A DNA stretch of 64,000 nucleotides. Origin: Podarcis cretensis (Eukaryota). The DNA lies in assembly GCA_951804945.1 (NCBI GenBank), contig OX638154.1:57722001-57786000 (forward strand). The letters run 5' to 3'. The stretch's first letter is position 1; every line of letters begins with the position of its first letter. Below, one piece after another: positions 60,601 through 64,000 of this stretch. The notes below the pieces were generated by a model. That model was not told the origin of the DNA, ran no database searches, and was given only the letters and a program-made list of their open reading frames with translations. The translations under genes and the position numbers were made by a program.

Positions 60601-63105
60601 AGAAATCGTGCTCCGGTGGCGGGAGGCCCCATTAGCTAAAGTGGTGCTTCAGGTTAAGAACAATTTCAGGTTAAGTACAGACCTCCTGAATGAATTAAGT
60701 ACTTAACTGTAAGTAAATCAAGAGACCTGATCCTTTTAGCTCCTCGTCTCCCTAAACCATTTCAGACTGAGTTAAGTTGTTGTAAGAACTTTGTAACTTT
60801 AAGAACTGGTACCTAATTTCGTTTTTTAACTCTTTCCCCCTTTTTCCTTTGTGTTGTTTTTAAGTGGTATGCCTGAGGGCAGGGCCTGTGTTGCTTTTTA
60901 TTGCTCTGGTAGCCTTTTCAGCTGGACAACAGGATAAAAACACTTTAAAATAATAATAAATAATACTTACCCCAAAAGAACTTCTTCATGGGATGGCCAG
61001 ACTTGGCCAGACTTCCAAACAACATCTCTCTTCTGTTTGCATCAGAGGGCCTTGCAAGCTGATATTCTGTTGTTTGTTTAATAGAAAGGTTTTCAGATTC
61101 AAACTAATATAGACCTCCAAACCAGCTTTGACTATAGGAATATAACAAAACCATGCACATTAAAACGTTCATTTGCTCAAAACAGCACGAACAGATCAGA
61201 AGGACTATTGCCAAAACTACTTAACCTAGCTTACTGCTTTTATGCATGGCTTGTGTGTTTATTTTTACATCAAAAAGAACAACAGTCAAAGCTAGTAAAG
61301 GGCCCTGCTATTAAAAAAACCCTGCAGATGCACTGGCTGAAGAGGGTTCACTTTGGCAATGTCAGCCATGTGGTTGATAGAAATGTACACAGTCAACCCA
61401 AAATCAATCCCAGCAACATGCTGCTCTAACTGCTTAATGCAGGGTGCTTTTTTTATCATCTACAGCACCCTTCTGAATGCATAAGACCCATTCAAGAGAA
61501 TGAGTGGTAAACATAAGTCAGCTCCTGTATGGAAAATGCCCTTACTGGATTAATATGCAGGTTTTACAATACCTGCTTCTAGTCAACTTAAGTGATGAGA
61601 TAAGGAATTTTTCCTGTATACATTTTAAGTTGTATATATGTAATATGAAAACATCAACAACCTGTCTATCCATTTTGAAAGATCCACCTTCCTTTCCAAG
61701 TTTAAATGAACTTCTGAAAATGATACTGTGAATCCTTTACTGCAGGTAGTAATAAATTAGAAATTCAAGTTCCTCTGTAAGTTGTTGTAAACTTCAGAAT
61801 ACATCTTATTTGTCTGGCAACTGTTTGGAATCCATGGGCAAATTTGAAAAGCAGAGAAACTGTTGTGGGCATCACATGCAACCCTCAACCAAGCACAAAA
61901 CAGAATGCTTGGGGAAGGGACCCTGTGGGTGCCAGGGAAAGCCTCTGTGGGCACATGTGTGCCCACAAGTAAAACGTTGGTAACTTCTGGGTACTAAAAG
62001 CACATATAAATGCCCTGCTTCATGAAAGATGCTTTCAATACTTTTATGCCAAACAAAATTTGTTTTTTCAAAAAACCAAATATAAAGTGACAAGAGAAAT
62101 CAGGATTCTTACCACTATCCACAGCCTCAACTTCCCGATCAATTGCATCACGGATCATTAAAGGGTGAATGAAAAACTGCGCCCACCTGAAACAGAAAAA
62201 TATTGGACTTATGTTTTTCCAGGCGTTTGACAGGTTTGCACGAAAATTAGTTTTCAAGTGTACAAGTGTTGCAATTTAAAATATTTACCAAGTTCAAGTT
62301 TTAGTAATAACATAAAAAAAAAGTTCTTCTAGCGTCTGCGGTTAAATTTTCTATCCTAAAGCAAAGGCTTAAAATATCTGTTACATTTTTATTCCCAATG
62401 GAAATTATGCTTTGATGTGTGTCTTGGTTATCTGCTCTAATAAAAATCTAGATTGGTATGAATTCGTTTTTGAATTTTATGACCCAATGTTGGCAGTGAA
62501 TGATATTTCTTGCCAAAAATGAATTCTTAAGGCAAATATCCACAAAAGTCTCAGTACTCAACATAAATGTACCCCACAGAACTATTTACTTTTAACATGC
62601 TTTAAAAATATATCATTCTTCAATGAAGCATATGTTTTACTAATATTTACCTGAAGTGTTTCAACCTTTGGGAAGTATCTAGGTCAGAGTCAGAGCATAC
62701 TTACTGAAACCAAGAGATTTGTTAGTCATTACTGCAATCCAGAAGTCCTATTGAATTCAATGGGGCTTACTCCCAGGTAGGATTGCAGCCTAATTTATGC
62801 AATTATGGCTCTACTCTGAGTATGACTTAGTGGATACCATCCAAAGTTTTCAAACTACTTGAAAACTGGAAAAAAAAATCAAATGCAGTAGCAGCAACAA
62901 CTCAAATAGGAAGCAGTAAATCCAGCTTTTTATTCAGAATAAACAAAATACCTATCAAGAGCCTCCTTGAAATATTTCCTCTGTACATCGAACTGAAATA
63001 TTGTTCGTTCACAGTCTGTTGAAGCATTGTCACTGCCTCCATGTTTCTTCAAAAATGCATCAAAACCATTCTCATCTGGGTATTTTGCACTGCCCATAAA
63101 AACCA
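40093..63105 (-). CDS. NRDC: NRDC nardilysin (M16 zinc metallopeptidase), spliced CDS span (28 exons in window; 5' exons incl. acidic stretch and HxxEH beyond window end)
   Basis: Exons translate to VFMGSAKYPDENGFDAFLKKHGGSDNAST...HEGKGS...EEPCFDFLRTKQTLGY...LPYHKILK*; GT-AG sites and phases consistent. Confidence 0.98.
40829..40918 (-). CDS. NRDC: NRDC penultimate exon
   Basis: IEALKSLSQSELVDWFQAHRGKERKVLSVH, 90 nt. Confidence 0.96.
41810..41926 (-). CDS. NRDC: NRDC exon
   Basis: VTALIKLKECEDSHLGEEVDRNWTEVVTQQYLFDRLVRE, 117 nt. Confidence 0.97.
42614..42704 (-). CDS. NRDC: NRDC exon
   Basis: SELVDKKIEEFLSCFEEKLKQMSEEAFKTQ, 91 nt. Confidence 0.96.
43457..43540 (-). CDS. NRDC: NRDC exon
   Basis: YHVYPTCRNTSGILGFSVTVATQATKY(N), 84 nt. 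Confidence 0.96.
44000..44115 (-). mobile_element. CR1 reverse-transcriptase fragment
   Basis: IDNVYLNFQETFDKVPHQRLLSKL matches the CR1 RT motif VYLDF.KAFDKVPH.RLL.KL. Confidence 0.85.
44169..44221 (-). CDS. NRDC: NRDC exon
   Basis: MYMEEPCFDFLRTKQTL(G), 53 nt. Confidence 0.96.
44834..44881 (-). CDS. NRDC: NRDC exon
   Basis: SGARSLREYSLMELLV, 48 nt. Confidence 0.95.
45608..45746 (-). CDS. NRDC: NRDC exon
   Basis: TLRFLPLVHPCPVQFRVMDLPGAHLLCKVKTLNKGDANSEVTVYYQ, 139 nt. Confidence 0.96.
46379..46410 (-). CDS. NRDC: NRDC 32-nt small exon
   Basis: ctttaag|ESKEFLDYVV(Q)|gtaagt; needed for frame between its neighbours. Confidence 0.92.
46753..47754. repeat. Direct tandem duplication, 2 x 500 bp (46753-47252, 47255-47754) with a 2-nt TA spacer
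   Basis: Copies identical by eye; ORF track shows identical peptides offset by 502. Confidence 0.95.
47827..47989 (-). CDS. NRDC: NRDC exon
   Basis: DIRLLILEHGRWSMTDKYETLMKGLSIDSLLLFVKAFKSQLFAEGLVQGNFTST, 163 nt. Confidence 0.97.
48500..48639 (+). mobile_element. LINE (L2-type) 3' terminus with long (TTA)n tail
   Basis: gggagccgcccagagtgg...gatggg...tataaataataaaa(tta)n. Confidence 0.65.
48640..49031. mobile_element. TcMar (Tc2-like) MITE
   Basis: 23-bp TIR ccgtatttttcgccc(c/t)ataggac, TA flanks, GC-rich interior. Confidence 0.9.
50031..50158 (-). CDS. NRDC: NRDC exon
   Basis: LLFQLIIDHLADFSFTPEVFEMITEQLKKTYFNILIKPETLA(K), 128 nt. Confidence 0.97.
50259..50409 (-). CDS. NRDC: NRDC exon
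   Basis: IVLFDTFVNILAHNLAEPAYEADVAQLEYKLVAGEHGLIIRVKGFNHKLP, 151 nt. Confidence 0.97.
50739..50790 (-). CDS. NRDC: NRDC exon
   Basis: YIRFHLISPLIQQSAE(N), 52 nt. Confidence 0.95.
51792..51911 (-). CDS. NRDC: NRDC exon
   Basis: TDFALKAPDCPQTEYPVSILSTQQGCLWYKKDDKFKIPK(A), 120 nt. Confidence 0.96.
52137..52268. mobile_element. hAT-type MITE
   Basis: TIR cagt(g/a)ctttttt; 8-bp TSD ctcc(c/t)tac. Confidence 0.82.
52456..52542 (-). CDS. NRDC: NRDC exon
   Basis: IDQYWNDMWASDFALNPDLHPPEENRYI(A), 87 nt. Confidence 0.95.
53031..53154 (-). CDS. NRDC: NRDC exon
   Basis: IIAEALNQLTPQRANLILLSAAHEAQCQLKEKWFGTHYGVE(D), 124 nt. Confidence 0.96.
53244..53591 (+). mobile_element. Sauria SINE, full length, antisense to NRDC
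   Basis: Same family; 14-bp TSD tactttgtaagcag (53230-53243/53592-53605). Confidence 0.94.
53701..53805 (-). CDS. NRDC: NRDC exon
   Basis: TDPVEYVESICENMQLFPKEDILTGDQLLFEYKPE, 105 nt. Confidence 0.96.
54463..54517 (-). CDS. NRDC: NRDC exon
   Basis: IWGEIQKIEANEFHYQEQ, 55 nt. Confidence 0.95.
54626..54674 (+). mobile_element. CR1/Squam3-type 3' tail fragment
   Basis: gagttggactagatgaccc...ttccatgattcta. Confidence 0.55.
55087..55228. mobile_element. hAT (Charlie-like) MITE with internal 28-bp direct repeat
   Basis: cagag..ttt / aaagctctg ends; perfect 8-bp TSD ccctaaac; tgtgttgtgaaatgatgcatgtctaaaa at 55095 and 55165. Confidence 0.8.
55426..55484 (-). CDS. NRDC: NRDC exon
   Basis: VVHVVFQYLKMLQQTGPEQ(R), 59 nt. 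Confidence 0.95.
55571..55691 (-). CDS. NRDC: NRDC exon
   Basis: FWALALYGGNGETGFEQNSTYSVFSICVTLTDEGYNHFYE, 121 nt. Confidence 0.96.
56202..56279 (-). CDS. NRDC: NRDC exon
   Basis: VKPLHYISWLVGHEGKGSVLSFLRK(K), 78 nt. Confidence 0.96.
56760..56829 (-). CDS. NRDC: NRDC exon
   Basis: VPIRKTHSLNITWALPPQEQHY(R), 70 nt. Confidence 0.95.
57018..57091 (-). CDS. NRDC: NRDC exon
   Basis: DLPRPTFSHLTEPFDTPDFQKLYR(V), 74 nt. Confidence 0.95.
57351..57405. mobile_element. Tc2-like MITE end fragment
   Basis: ta|ccatattttt...tataagac..tataagacgaccc, one end only. Confidence 0.5.
58037..58094 (-). CDS. NRDC: NRDC exon
   Basis: TLDTLEKWVIEIFSEIPN(N), 58 nt. Confidence 0.95.
59252..59374 (-). CDS. NRDC: NRDC exon
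   Basis: NADTLKHEPKQNDIDTYTRLREFWQRYYSAHYMTLVVQSK(E), 123 nt. Confidence 0.96.
59611..59869. mobile_element. TcMar (Tc2-like) MITE, related family
   Basis: TIR ccgtattttt(c/t)gctct, TA flanks; shares gacgcacacacatttcccctt with 48640-49031. Confidence 0.88.
60507..60709. mobile_element. TcMar (Tigger-like) MITE, inverted relative of 32435-32676 with a damaged TIR
   Basis: ta|cagtggtacctcgggtta...ttaactg|ta. Confidence 0.88.
60971..61066 (-). CDS. NRDC: NRDC exon
   Basis: YQLARPSDANRREMLFGSLAKSGHPMKKFFW(G), 96 nt. Confidence 0.96.
62113..62186 (-). CDS. NRDC: NRDC exon
   Basis: WAQFFIHPLMIRDAIDREVEAVDS(E), 74 nt. Confidence 0.96.
62952..63105 (-). CDS. NRDC: NRDC exon (1st in window)
   Basis: (M)VFMGSAKYPDENGFDAFLKKHGGSDNASTDCERTIFQFDVQRKYFKEALD(R), 154 nt. 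Confidence 0.96.
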
Positions 63106-64000
63106 CTGGGGGGAAAAATGAAAGTTAAAGAGACAGGTATTAATTCTAATGTCAAAAACCTGAAATTCCCAGACCCTGAGTTCAAAAGAAGTTTGGGTGT
63201 GTTAAAGAGAAACAAATGGAAATAACTAGTTGCATACATTTGACAAACTTTTTTTTTTTCCAGATCAGCAGGGCAACTTCTGGTTTTAAAGATATCTATC
63301 ATTATTCTATGGACATATCTAACTTTGCAAATATGCAAGCAGGAAAATAATGCAGCTGACTCCTACATTGCTGATTTTCAAGTTTTTATGTCAAAGAGCT
63401 CCACAGATGCAAAACTAGAAAATTTAATTTTTGCTAAAACACAGCAAAGTAACATTTAACAATAAAGAACATACTGTGTTCCAGAAAATGTGCCAACCCT
63501 GGCAGATCTTCAGGGTCAGAGAAACTGCCAACAGCTATACAAAGTGCAGCTGCAGACTGGGAAAAGAAAAACAAGAACAACATTTTAAGAAAAAAACATT
63601 ACTATCATATAAGATTACCAAATTGCCCACTATAAAACAATTCTGCAAGGGAATCAAAAAAAGTGACGTAAACACAGTTCAATTCTATACATGACAGAAA
63701 ACAATCTGAATTGTAAAACTGCAGAGGATGGCTTAAGAATCTGTTTAAAGCAGACACAAAAGTAATGCTTTCTTTATCTGAGGGCCAAAAGCCTGTCTCT
63801 TCTGCAACTCTGAAGTGAACCTGCCAACTTAACATATTATGGCAAGACTTCTTCTGAAAATGATATATTTTTAAAAAACTCTCTTGTCAGAGGACTCACT
63901 TTGAACTTCTCTTTCATTAACGTGTTTTCCTTTGGAATCTATTTGTTATATTGTTTGGGTTTTAGCTGGAATTTTATACACCCTGTAGATGTATTTTATG

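Noticed and set aside
40093-64000. miR-761 / alternative NRDC insert exons known from mammals
   Set aside because: From memory these lie in the 5' part of NRDC, beyond this window; no such hairpin seen
1-64000. CRISPR arrays, rRNA, snoRNA or prokaryote-type systems
   Set aside because: Eukaryotic intron-rich locus; no repeat-spacer array, and no convincing C/D or H/ACA structure by eye (an Infernal/Rfam scan would be decisive)

Overview
Vertebrate nuclear DNA, most likely a squamate (lacertid-type) lizard, inferred from Sauria SINEs with (ACCTTT)n tails and Squam3/CR1-tailed repeats. The window holds the 3' parts of two convergent multi-exon genes. OSBPL9 (ORP9) is on +, with 21 coding exons from 5524 to the stop at 37902 (end of PH domain, FFAT motif EFYDADE, ORD with EQVSHHPP). 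NRDC (nardilysin, M16 metallopeptidase) is on -, with 28 coding exons from 63105 to the stop at 40093. Both 5' ends lie outside the window. I traced every exon by hand and the phases join without stops; exon numbers are by analogy with the human genes, from memory. Introns contain Sauria SINEs, CR1/L2 remnants, TcMar and hAT MITEs and microsatellites. Most notable: (1) an intronic CpG-island promoter with an in-frame alternative first exon (ATG GCT TGC|gtgagt), predicting a PH-less MAC-GVDPG... ORP9 isoform; (2) an apparently perfect 500-bp tandem duplication in an NRDC intron; (3) a GC-AG intron; (4) an overlapping two-way poly(A) signal between the genes; (5) an unidentified ~1.1-kb decayed coding-like segment antisense in OSBPL9 intron 8. 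I cannot support any wholly new biological system; item 5 is the only unexplained candidate and it is weak.
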